A DNA stretch of 64,000 bases from Macrostomum lignano. Its lineage: Eukaryota. Each line of letters starts with the position of its first letter. The stretch's first letter is position 1. The notes below the pieces were generated by a model. That model saw only the letters and a list, made by a program, of their open reading frames with translations. It ran no database searches and had not been told where the DNA came from. The translations under genes were made by a program, and so were the position numbers. The stretch is taken from positions 310,001-374,000 of the forward strand of contig NIVC01000527.1 in NCBI GenBank assembly GCA_002269645.1. The letters run 5' to 3'. Shown here in pieces: positions 25,014 to 36,999 of this stretch.

Positions 25014-26003
25014 GATACATTCGGCGTAGTGAAGTCACCATTCATCCAGCTCTACAGCATCCACGCGCATGTACAGCACAAACGCAATGCTGCTACGCGC
25101 CAGCTGTGTAGGCAATTGATGGCGGTGCCGCATCTGCCTGCGTATGAGATAGTGGAGGCTTACACCAACCTGCGGCCAACCACAACAGCGGCAAACGAAA
25201 ACTACAAATTTACCACCCTGCTGCACACCTACGTCGCCCGCGTACGTCCATGGATGTGCATGCAGCTGCGTCTAGTCACTCGTCGAGCTCTCGGCCTTCA
25301 ACCATGCAGTTCGAGAGAACTAACAACGCCGTCGAAGGCTGGCCATTTGGGCTTTGCTAAACGCGCAAGTATCCGCAACCTGAACCGCGCCTCGCGGAAC
25401 TGCTTTCTGCTTTCGACAGTGGGCCAGCAGGCAGCCGTCGTGGGTATTATGACTCTCTCGCAGCGTCACAGCAGTGAGAAATCCGCGGCAACTCTCTGAG
25501 GTGCAGCAGCGTGACCAGCACCTGCGTACAGCCTCGCAGGCCTACTCCATCGTAAGGGTTCCAGCCCATGCAGCTCCTCAACGCCTGCGCAGCGGTATAG
25601 TGGGCGCCAAACGTCGATCCATTTGAGGCCGTTTAGGCTTTATGGCTGTGACTTCCCTCGTTTTATTTTGGACATGTCATGTGAAGGCATTTTAACTGCA
25701 TTTTTTATCTTATACGAGTGTATTACTTCCCCTTTGTGGCTGTTAATGTGGGCTGTATTCTTAAATAGGAATTTTATATCGATTCACTTATTACTTTTTA
25801 AAACCAACCAACCATGGCTCAAGACACTATAGGCTGTGCTTTTTGTGCTTTTGAAATTTTATCTGTACTTCTCTATAGAAATATCAAACAAACCTGTGCT
25901 TCAAACAAAAGTAACATGACACTTGTTAACATTAAACATAATTCTGGCTTGAAACAAATGCCCGGTTGACGAAATGCCAGTTTGACGAAATGTCCGTTTA
26001 ACT

Positions 26004-26601
26004 CAGGGGTCGGCAACCTTTTTCCACTTGAGGGCCAGATGAGGTTTTCAGTTCAAGACCACGGGCCACAGGTTTTGCCCCCTCGATTACTCCGCCCCCC
26101 CCCACCTCGATTACTCCGCCCCCTCGATTACTTCGCCCCCCCTCATTGGGTCTTTACCCTCCAGAATCTGCCCCCTGGGTCTTTACCCTCCGGAATCCGC
26201 CTCTTGGGTCTTTACCCTCCAGAATCTGCCCCCTGGGTCTTTTAGTACATTACTACATTTGTACCCCCCCCCCGTTGTTAGCCCGTCGCCATCTCACTTT
26301 CCTTCGCCGTCAGTTCCCCTATTTCTATTTTATTCAAGTTTTAACTGGTGTGTTGCCTAGTCTAGACTTTGTAAACAGCCACTTATACTCAGTTCGTGTC
26401 TCATTACTTTTTGTCATTAAAGTTGGCAATTGAGGAAAGAAATTCCCCATTTTTAGTGCACAAAACTTTTGTGGATTAAACAATGCAGTTACAATAAAGG
26501 TGCGGGCCGGATTATAATAATGAAGATAAAGGAAGTTTGCGGGCCGCATAGAAAGTCTTTGCGGGGCGGATGGCCCGCGGGCCGGAGGTTGCCGACCCCT
26601 G
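26004..26601. mobile_element. hAT-type MITE, 598 bp
   Basis: TIR CAGGGGTCGGCAACC / GGTTGCCGACCCCTG; perfect 8-bp TSD GTTTAACT (25996-26003, 26602-26609); inserted in the MULE right TIR. Confidence 0.92.
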
Positions 26602-29229
26602 GTTTAACTGGACCATATACGCGAGGAAGAGTTTGAAAATTACTCCCTCAAAGGCATAGCAGTGTAGTGTAGTGTAGTTTCTGCCAAGGAAATTTGTTGA
26701 AGCCAAAAAATATGAAAAACTATAAATTCCAGACCTAAATCTTGAGTTTTGTTATACTGACTACTATTTTTTTTAAAAACTTAAATCTGATCCGTTAGCT
26801 GTGTGGTGCCGGTGTGCATTGTGCATATAGATCTTGGATCAGAAAAGAAGAGAGGCGACGGTCGACGGAGACTGGTAGGCCTATACTATGTTTATAGCCA
26901 GATAAGTCTAGACCACTCATATATTTGTTATATAAGACGTGTATCAGCTGAAACATCTAAAATAGGCCTATCAACTGGACTAACCTCAAAATCAATCCAA
27001 CTACTGTGGTCTGTGTGTAGGCCTAATTTAAATTTTTGTACAAATATCTTATTCTTAGTCTTACTTAATGCTAGTTTATAATAAAGCCATAGGACGCGCT
27101 CGTGGAGTCATGGCATCTCTGCCGTCATTGGCTGGCAATTCATGGCGTCGGCTTGCGTTGATTCGCTGGCTGCATGCTTAGGAGGTCAGAAGGATCCAGC
27201 GGAGTCCCCTCGTGGAATCCGGGTCCTGGCGTGGTCGCCAATTGTAATAAAATAAATTGCCGAAGCCAACACTTGAATTTCCAATCGAGAGGTGCTAAAT
27301 CAGAGCGGCGAACTCTTACAAAAAATTGATGATTCATATTTATATTAGTTAGTTATTAGTCATTAAAACAAGCTTCATTATAAACTGTCAGGCAAAATAA
27401 ACATAAATACACACAGTAAAAAGTACAGTAAAATATAAATAGAATACAAATACAAATAATGCACAATGTGATGTAAGTAAAAAATGTGATTACTTTTAAA
27501 ATAGATATATAAAGATACATTACACCTTAGGCCTATCTAGACTCTAGGTTATATGTATGCCAGAAAATTCTGGTGTGCAAATGACCCCTTTCAAAGTAGG
27601 CATAAAATTTTGGCATACAAATTCATGCCATTTTTTGGTGTACCAATATTGTTGATATCATGCGTAAAAATTGTAATGTAGGCCTACTAACTTAACATTT
27701 TTATGTGAAATAATAGAAAATTTGTATAGTCTAGAAAGTCAGTGATAAACCTTTTGTTTCTTTAAAATTAACAATAAATAAAATTAGTATAAATGATTGC
27801 TAAGACCATAAATTTTGCATTATTATTTCCATAGGCCCCTAGGTTTGATTTAGGTTTGTTCAAAATGAAAATATTTGTAATATTTTAAAAAGACTTTTCA
27901 TACAAAAGCCTTTCTCAGGAAACTCTACTCGTGAACTGAATGACCTTTTTAGGCAGAATTTTTGGTATACATTTTAGGGAATTTTTTTGCTTTTGGTTTA
28001 TATATAGCTGAGATAGGATTCTTGTTCTAGTGTACATTACTACATGATCTGGACCCTGGAGGTCTACTTTTTTATTTTAGATTACTATTCTCTAATTCTT
28101 TTAAATGGCTAGACAACTAGTGGCCTTAAGTTGCCTATGAGACATCATCTATGTACACAATAAGCTTCTAATATAGCAGTGCCTTAGGGTAGTTAGAAGG
28201 TCCTAGGTCAATTTGGTGACAAGACATTTTAGTAATAATAACTTTGGTAACAACTTAGGACATTTTAATTATACCAATGGTCAATTTAGTAACCAACTTT
28301 TTAGGTATTCAGTCATTTTGTCTGCCGCCTTTTTATCTACTGGCAGACAAAATGATTATTAAAAAGAAAAAGTAAAGTATAGCTACATAGGCCTAACTTG
28401 TCAAGCTATTTTTTTACAATAAGATATTGCAAGTCATGCAAAAAGTTATTGTAAGGACTAAAGTGTCTTTTGTTTGTGTAATTTTGTTTATTGCAACATT
28501 TCAAAAAAATTATGTTTAATTTAAATATTGATTAAAAAAGTTTTGTGACAATAGTAGCCAGACAGGTAGTTTGCAGTTGAATATGATCATGATTGGCTGG
28601 CTATTGTGAGCATTGTTATGATCCCTGGCACCACCCCCATCTGATAATGTATTTGCTGTCCTATTGCAAAGTTTATTCATAATAAACAAAAAGTTAGTAT
28701 ATAGGTCAAGTCAAGTGAATGTTTGGTTAGGTCTTTTGGGTAATATTTTTAAATACATATGTACTTTAAAAATGATTTTGTTATCTTAACTTTGAGTATT
28801 TTTAAGATATACAGTCTAGATGATCCTTTTAATATTGTATAAACGTGAATATTAATGTCATATTAATATTGTATTGGTAGACAAAATAACTGCATTGTAT
28901 TTTTGCAGACGAAAGAATGATAGACAAACTGGTAGCAGATGAAATGACCATCAACCACTTTTTATACTTGATTTTACTATTTTCCATAGTTAAATATTGA
29001 TATATAGCTGTTGATAAACTCTTATTAAGTTATAAAGGTCTGTATGATAGGCCTATCAATTATCATTTTTTAATATATTTTGAGACATAACACTACAATG
29101 CGCACTTGCCTTATAAGCACAAGTATTAGCTATTGGTACAGGTGGCAGAGCGGCCCTGACCCGGTCTCTCGCAGGTGGCCATAGGTCAGAGTGAAGAGAG
29201 AGAGAGCTATTGGTGCACATTGCATGGCA

Positions 29230-29600
29230 GTGGTTCTTTTTTCCTAGTCAAAAGTCTTCACTGGCTTTGCAATTTAGGGTCATATAGCATAGTATATGTT
29301 GATTGTGCTGAGTAGATCTGTAATATTCATGATCACACCTATAGTAAAAACCATAGCTATATCCTTTTGAGGAAACAACAATGACTGAACCTCCTACTGC
29401 TTCCATTTTAAAGTACCTCAAATTTCTCTAGACAATTGTGATCAGTGATTGGTTAAGGTTCTAGGTCTTCAATCAATGAATCAGCAATAGCAGCAACTTG
29501 AATTTTGGCATTGCTCTCTACCTCATCACTTTTGCTACCACCAATAGCAACTTTAACTTCAGCATCACTTTCTATATGTATCTCCTAAGTAATGCAGATC
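29230..29600 (-). pseudogene. Relic resembling a FLYWCH-type MULE transposase N-terminus
   Basis: Minus translation across a frameshift gives GGSVIVVSSKGYSYGFY...C...CKA; several stops. Confidence 0.3.
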
Positions 29601-30533
29601 ATGCAGCACTAAGAAAAAGAACTCTTCTTCATCAATTCTTTATATAATGCAGCAGAAATGAATAATGCTCCTAAAATAAAAAGCAAAAACAATTTAGCAA
29701 TTTACCCTTTTTCCACATACCCTCTTTCCCCTCTTCTTTTTCTCCCTTCTGTCCTCCCCCATCTTTTCCCCTTTTCATTTTCTCCTCTACCTTTTCCCTT
29801 TCTACCCTCTTTCTCCTCTTCTATTTTAAGAGTGAATGCATGCTAATTTGATAGAATGCAGAATATAAAGCATAAAATTACTACTCAAACACAGTTGATG
29901 GAACCAATGTTTGCAATGTCATAACTTAGTGCAGGCTGCTCATCAGTTACTGCTCTGAAATATGCTAGATAGACATCTTCAATTTCCATTAGACAATTAG
30001 TTGATAAGCTGGTATACTTTAGCTAGCTAGTTGCTTTTTAGGTGCAAAGAAGATTAAAGTTAATATTCTTGAGTGTTAAAGAGTAAATATATTGGTATAT
30101 GGTCTTGTATTCAATTGTTTCTATACAAGTATGGATATGTGCAATATATAGTACATATAATGTGATGGCATCTTAACCAATTTTTATTTTTTTTGAACTT
30201 CAACTTGAATTTGAACTTCTGGTATATCACAGAAGTTCAATTGCATAGAAAGAAATAAAGTAAGCAATTTTGATACGCCACATCCATTCAGATTACCTAG
30301 AATAACTTACTTCTATGATTCATGGGTTTAGCAGGCTGCAACCAATAATTGTAATGCAATGATCAAGTGCCAACAATAGCATAGCAATTTTCTTACATAG
30401 TATAATTATTAACCTTCATTTAATTATGTTGCTGAATAAACAAATAGGTGTTATTCATTTACTAAATATAGAAGAGCAAGTTTGTATGACTTTATATTTA
30501 TAATTATATATATATATATATATATATGGAACC

Positions 30534-30567
<34 letters not shown>

Positions 30568-32199
30568 GTAAACATGTAAACATATATAGTACCAGATTCA
30601 TATATATGAACCATGTAAACATATATAGTTTACATTATAGTTTACATAGTCCCAAGCCATGACCATAAGTTTACTTGCTTCAATATCAATGTTAAATGCT
30701 TCAATGTCAATAGAAACTATATGGCAGCTATTTATCTTGCTCAATTAACTAACTTAAACATAATCTATATTCTGTAAGACGCATAATAATAGACTTTTAT
30801 AGAAAAAGTGTGGATGTAGTCTTATATAGAAAAAACACATCCCCCAGTTTAAAATAGAAGCAACTTATAATTTTGACAAAAATCTATTTAAACTAGCTAA
30901 TAATTCTACATATAGTAAGACTTTAGAAAATGAGTAGAAAAGAACAAATTTAAAGTTGTTTAGGTCACCAAAGTCAGATATTATTCTGACAAATATGTCA
31001 AAACCAACTTTCAAGGAGTTGCACTCATTTAATTCACTTGAATGCAATCCTCTATTATAAGGTTAAGATTTCCAAGGGGTCTTTAGCTTGTATAAGAGAT
31101 ATGCTTCCCAAATCAGACAATACTTCTTGTCCGTCTTGTCTAGCAGTTAGAGCCAGCTAGCTCAAATATATAGCACCAACCATTATCCTGCTTATTGATA
31201 TTTTGTTATGTATAGTAGGCTTTCTTTATTAGTGGATAGTCAATGTTTGAAGGCAGCAGCTTCTGAGCTCCATTGTTGTGCCATTGATGCTAGTCATAGA
31301 GGTAGTCCTTGCCACCTAAAATAATATTTTTAGTTGATTAGTTAATAACTGGTAATATATTGTAGGTAACTAAATAATGTATAGTTCACTTACAGTTCTC
31401 TTTGTCAATAGCAAACAAGAAAACATCTTTACAATTTGGTCTAACAGGAGGCCTGTCAACATAGACAGATTTGTCTGATTTACATAAAATATCATAAGCC
31501 TCAACTGGAATCAGTATATAGTGACCTTTAGGAGTATAATAGTCTGACACTGAGAATGAAATTTTAACTCCTAGCATTCTTACAATTCATTTCAAGTCAA
31601 AAGAGCTACTTGACTTTTGCAAAAAAGCCTGTTTTTCAAATATTTAATCCATTTAGCATCAAGCAATTTCTTAGCCAAGATACATGTACTGGCACAGGAA
31701 AATTTCTAATTGAACAGAACAAGTTCAAAGAAAATTGGTTGAGCTGTTTTTTTTCTAATTGATCACATAGTCATCTAAAATTCTAAACAAACTTTTAGCA
31801 CTTGTAACTTTTGAACCATAACAGAACAGTTTTTGCACTTCTATGTGTTTAGTTATTTTAGAATTCATAAGCAGCTATGTGAAAAATATAAAACTAGAAG
31901 TTTGACACTTCTGGTTACATAATTCTAGTTAAATAATACATAATTAAGCTAAGGGGGGCTAAATAGGAACATTATATCATGAGCAAGATATATTATTATG
32001 AGCAAAACATTATAATGAGCATGGGTGACTAAATATAATGAGCATAATATAATGAACAAGACATTGTACTACAAAAGTAGCATATAAACAATAGAATGTA
32101 ATATTATAAGCAATGGCATGTGAGCATCATAAAATAAGCAATAACATAAAAATATTTTGCAACTTTATTTTACTCAAAATGTCAGTTTAATTGAAATTA

Positions 32200-33300
32200 G
32201 TTTATGCTAAACTCCATTGACTAGCTATCTTGTACTGGTCAATTGACTTCTATTACAGTCTAGCACATTTCATGTTGCAGCTGAAGCTGCCAGTAAGCCT
32301 AGCTGGACTGCATGATCAATTGCAGTGCATATATTACCACTTGCTTTTAGGTGACTATGCATTGTTCATGTGAAAATGAGGCTCTTAGCTCTTGGAACAC
32401 CATCTTTGGTTCACTCATCTAGGGTAAAAACCCTTTGCCATCTAATCGTAGTAGTGCAATTCACATAAAATAGATCTTCAGCTGGCCAATCAGTTGTTTG
32501 TAGCTTTCATGTTGCAAGCCTAGGATCTCTGCTAGAATGGCCTAATAGTTTTCCCCAAATGCCATCTTATTTTGTTGGGCTGGTCACTGGTTCCTATGCA
32601 CCCCTAGTGACCAGTGTGCTTTTCTGCTTGCCTTTTCAATATTGCCAGGCAAGTGTTGGAATTGTGTGGCACCAGAGTCATCTTTATGACAAACAATTTC
32701 AGAGCTGGCCACTTACTCTCTTGAATGTTTACCACCCCTCTTGGCTATTGGGTGTCCATCACCTCTTTTGAGGTATGTACCACCTCTTCTTTTGTTCTAG
32801 AAAGATGAATATAGCATTGGCAGTACCATTTTAAGCAATTGTCATATTTCACTTGCAATTTACATATAGTAACTGATAATATTTCAATTAATAACAAAAA
32901 ATAGAAACATAATAGTAGTTAAGATGTGATGAGATGGCTAAAACATGTGTTTTCCAATGTAATGTCACACAAGTTGAATTGAGCATCTAGCATTCAAAAC
33001 CAGGCTTATGCATTGTTCCTATTAACAGATAGGACTTTAAGACTTATCATAGCAAGGGTGGATTCCTTGTTTAGTATAGGCTGTTTAACTTGTATTGATG
33101 CAGGTAAAGCCACAAATGATGAAACATGTTGTTTGTCGCAGTTGGTCAAGTCAATTGTTTGGTAGTCATTTAGATGCCTCATAGGACCAGTTGTAGCAAT
33201 TTAATTAAATGAGTGAGGCAGAAGGGTGGTTCTAATTCGTGTTTGTTTTGTTTTGTTATCAAGAAGTCAGAAAAAGAGGTGCTTATCAGCTAGGTTTGCC
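32200..33300 (-). pseudogene. Heavily mutated hAT transposase relic
   Basis: Minus frames give TTGPMRHLN (BED-finger-like), MDTQ*PRGVV...LVP, then LQTTDWPA...FYVNCT...HSH...GNI...GL (first catalytic D region), in the expected order; many stops. Confidence 0.45.
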
Positions 33301-36023
33301 TGGTGGATATTTATATATATATATAGAGAGAAAATAATGTTGTTCTAGAAATATGTTTGGGATTATAATAAAGATACAATATTATACTTGTAACATGTTT
33401 TGTAACTATAATGAGCAAACACATTTAATAATAATATGGCTAATAATTAAACTATAAAGTAAATAAAGTTAAAGCATAGAAATAGTTTGTTATGGAAATT
33501 TCTAGAGAAATGTAGAAACTTCTTTGACTTAATTTGGAAATTTTACTTTAGAATATATGAAAGGAAAGGAAACTTATAGAAGTTAGGGACATTGGAATAA
33601 TGCTAACTAGCAAGATGCTACAGTTGACTGCAACTTACCCAGTCAATATTTTTGCTAGTGGAAAGGACATCTATTTCTTCTTCTACAATGCCAACATAAA
33701 TGTTATTTATTTATTAGTGTTTTAAATATTAACTTTTGTCAAAGTTTAAATATCTTTTCATTATTTATCATAGTGGCCAAGTTGAAGCAAAGATTCATCT
33801 TCAGTGGGACCTAGAAAGCAAAAAGGTAAATTATGACTCCACAATTTTTTCTATCCTATTGAAGTGCATGCTTTACTTTGATGATTCTAAACTTGTCCCA
33901 ATAGTAAATATGCCTAATGGAGCTGATTAAAAAATAGAAAATAGTACTTATATAAAACTAATTCATGATTAAATATACAATTAATCAGTCACATATTAGC
34001 TGCAAACAAAACAATAATATTAATTAGGTATAAAAATGTTTTTGAGCACTTAGGTAACATTTGCTTTATGTTTAAACAAAAAGAGATATCTAGATCTTGC
34101 CACCTTAATGACATATGGGTAGTTAGGTTCAGAATTGAAATAGTATGCTATTTAAGTAATACAAATACAAAACAAAATTTGCAGTAATACAAAATTACTG
34201 CAAAAATACCTGATAGTTTAGATACTAATTTGGACTTCATTTTCTTGTTGCCATTGAGTAATTGATCAACTATGTAATGCATCAAACAAACAACTATCAT
34301 GCTGATCTTTAGCTGTAGCAATTAATGGCTTTACAACCTGAGAGATGTCATGTGTTAATAAAACTTTCTCTTAAAACTAGTAAATGTATAACAATATAAC
34401 AATATAATAATTTACTATAACAACTAAAGACAAGCATAACTTTTGGCAATACTTATGCAGCTGCCCTAAGTAGAAGTGAGTTGCAATCATAGTGCTAAAT
34501 AGGAAATTGATCATATTTCTCCTCTGTTGAACTATTGAAGTATTCAATATTGATATTTGATGACAACATGGTTTAGATAATTTTACATGCTTTGATCACT
34601 CCAATCTCTATGCATCTACCTTTCTTCTATTTCTTCATTATTGCTAATGATCATCATTGCCTTTATCATGTTCTATACCATGACCATTTGCCTCTATTTA
34701 CTTACTGTATAGATACTTAGTTGTCACATTGCCACTTAATGGCTATTCTCATATTATCAGTGGTACCCTTGTCATGGCTGGCTTTAGTGAAGCCCCTTTG
34801 CTAGCAATAGATACCAATTTGCCATAGACTTGCTTAAGAACTTTATGTAAGGCTAATAAAAATTGTCTAAAATAGGTTATATATATATAGCAATTGGTAT
34901 TGCTCTTTGCTATAGCTTAATAAAAGAAAAGCAAATGACATGTCTTACTAGTCTATATGCTATAGGTGACACTAATACCCTAGTGACTTGTCACCTGTTT
35001 GCAATCCAAAGTAGGTTGGTTATATCTCATTTGTACTTTTTCCATATACCTTGCTAAAGTCAATAAGTACCACTAGGGGATACATACTTAGCCAAAATTT
35101 ATCATGCAAAATTTGCATTCCATAAAGCAGATAATTGCTTCTGCCATTGATTTTTTGGGTTTATGATGGCAACTTGCAAAAAAGTTAGGTAGGGGTGATC
35201 AGTTTGTCATCTAGTTGGCTTCAAGTATTTTAAATGTTTGCTTGGCATGTCCAATAGGTTGTATATTTGAGTGCAGTGCAAAGCTCCTTGTGGCACAAGC
35301 TTTGCTTGGATATGTATTGCTTTTTCAGTTTGGTTGTTTGAAGTGATATGACAATATTTTTACTTTGTTATCAAATTAGCTTGTAATTCCCTATTCATGT
35401 TTTACAATATAAGATATAAGGTATTTTTATAACAAAACCAAAACTGTTAAAAGTGGTACACATTTCTAGACTAAGTTTAGGTAACAAATGTTTTTGAAAA
35501 TAAAGCTACTATTGATTTTTTCCATTGACAGGATTTTTGAAATGTAAGACAAATATATATAACATGATATTTATGAGTGAAAAATAGAAGAAAGTTAAGA
35601 AAAGCACAATTGATTTAAGCTTGTATATTGATATATTATAGTATTCTGTTTCACACCTTTGCCATACATCTCTGTTACAATTTGTTAAAATGGAACTTGC
35701 AATATCCATCTTGCTCTAGCACAAATCAACACAAACAACATCTAGTTAGAAAAGCAAAAAATCTGATGAGATTTTTACATGTGCCCTCTTGTAAGTTAAA
35801 GGCCACATGTAATTGCTATAGACTAAAACTGGATGGTCACTTCTGTGCATTTCTTTAGTGGAAGATCATCTAGCATGGATGAAGAAATAACCCTGATCAC
35901 AATAATGTACACAATAAGAAGGAAAAAGATGCTCTCAATCAGCCCTAATATGTCTATGGCTAAACTTTTCATTTAATTGCACAAAAAGATTTTCAGCCTT
36001 GGAACACAAGATTTAAGTGTCCA

Positions 36024-36872
36024 TTGCTGAGGGTGGCATTTAAGGGTCCTTTGCTGAGGGTGGCATTTAAGGGTCCTTTGCTGAGGGTGGCATTTAAGGG
36101 TCCTTTGCTGAGGGTGGCATTTAAGGGTCCTTTGCTGAGGGTGGCATTTAAGGGTCTTTTGCTGAGGGTGGCATTTAAGGGTCCTTTGCTGAGGGTGGCA
36201 TTTAAGGATCCTTTGCTGAGGGTGGCATTTAAGGGTCCTTTGCTGAGGGTGGCATTTAAGGGTCCTTTGCTGAGGGTGGCATTTAAGGGTCTTTTGCTGA
36301 GGGTGGCATTTAAGGGTCTTTTGCTGAGGGTGGCATTTAAGGGTCCTTTGCTGAGGGGTGGCATTTAAGGGTCCTTTGCTGAGGGTGGCATTTAAGGGTC
36401 CATGCCTGATGGTGGCATTTAAGGATCCATGGCTGAGGGTGGCATTTAAGGATCCATGGCTGAGGGTGGCATTTAAGGATGCATGGCTGAGGGTGGCATT
36501 TAAGGATCCATGGCTGATGGTGGCATTTAAGGATCCATGGCTGAGGGTGGCATTTAAGGATGCATGGCTAAGGGTGGCATTTAAGGATCCATGGCTGAGG
36601 GTGGCATTTAAGGATCCATGGCTAAGGGTGGCATTTAAGGATCCATGGCTGAGGGTGGCATTTAAGGATCCATGGCTGAGGGTGGCATTTAAGGATCCAT
36701 GGCTGAGGCTGGCATTTAAGGATCCATGCCTGAGGGTGGCATTTAAGGATCCATGGCTGATGGTGGCATTTAAGGATCCATGGCTAAGGGTGGCATTTAA
36801 GGATCCATGGCTGAGGCTGGCATTTAAGGATCCATGCCTGAGGGTGGCATTTAAGGATCCATGGCTGATGGT
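36024..36872. repeat. 27-bp minisatellite just upstream of CHAF1B
   Basis: gggtggcatttaagg(gtcctttg / atccatgg)ctga, about 31 units in two variant sub-arrays. Confidence 0.93.
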
Positions 36873-36999
36873 GGAATCACACTGCCATTTAGCATCCTCA
36901 GTCTGAATTCGAAATGCCGAAATTGAAGTTGATTTTTCACTGACACGCGCTATGACAAAATTAAAATCAATATCAATGCACGCGCCAAAGCTTGCAGCA

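Larger units (their letters stand above)
23651..26610 (+). mobile_element. Internally deleted Mutator-like element (MULE) with N-terminal PHD-finger remnant; hosts two nested insertions
   Basis: Inverted termini with (g)gcatttc(a/g)tcaacc subterminal repeats; GACCAT duplicated at 23645-23650 and 26611-26616. Coding remnants CDSCRK*FH, RRHLLFANPDQLSVLR...FLD|DTFGVVKSPFIQLYSIHA, LMAVPHLP, RTNNAVEGW. Confidence 0.82.

Noticed and set aside
27090-27337. GC-rich island and 65-aa minus ORF as an exon
   Set aside because: No convincing acceptor/donor pair or recognisable motif.
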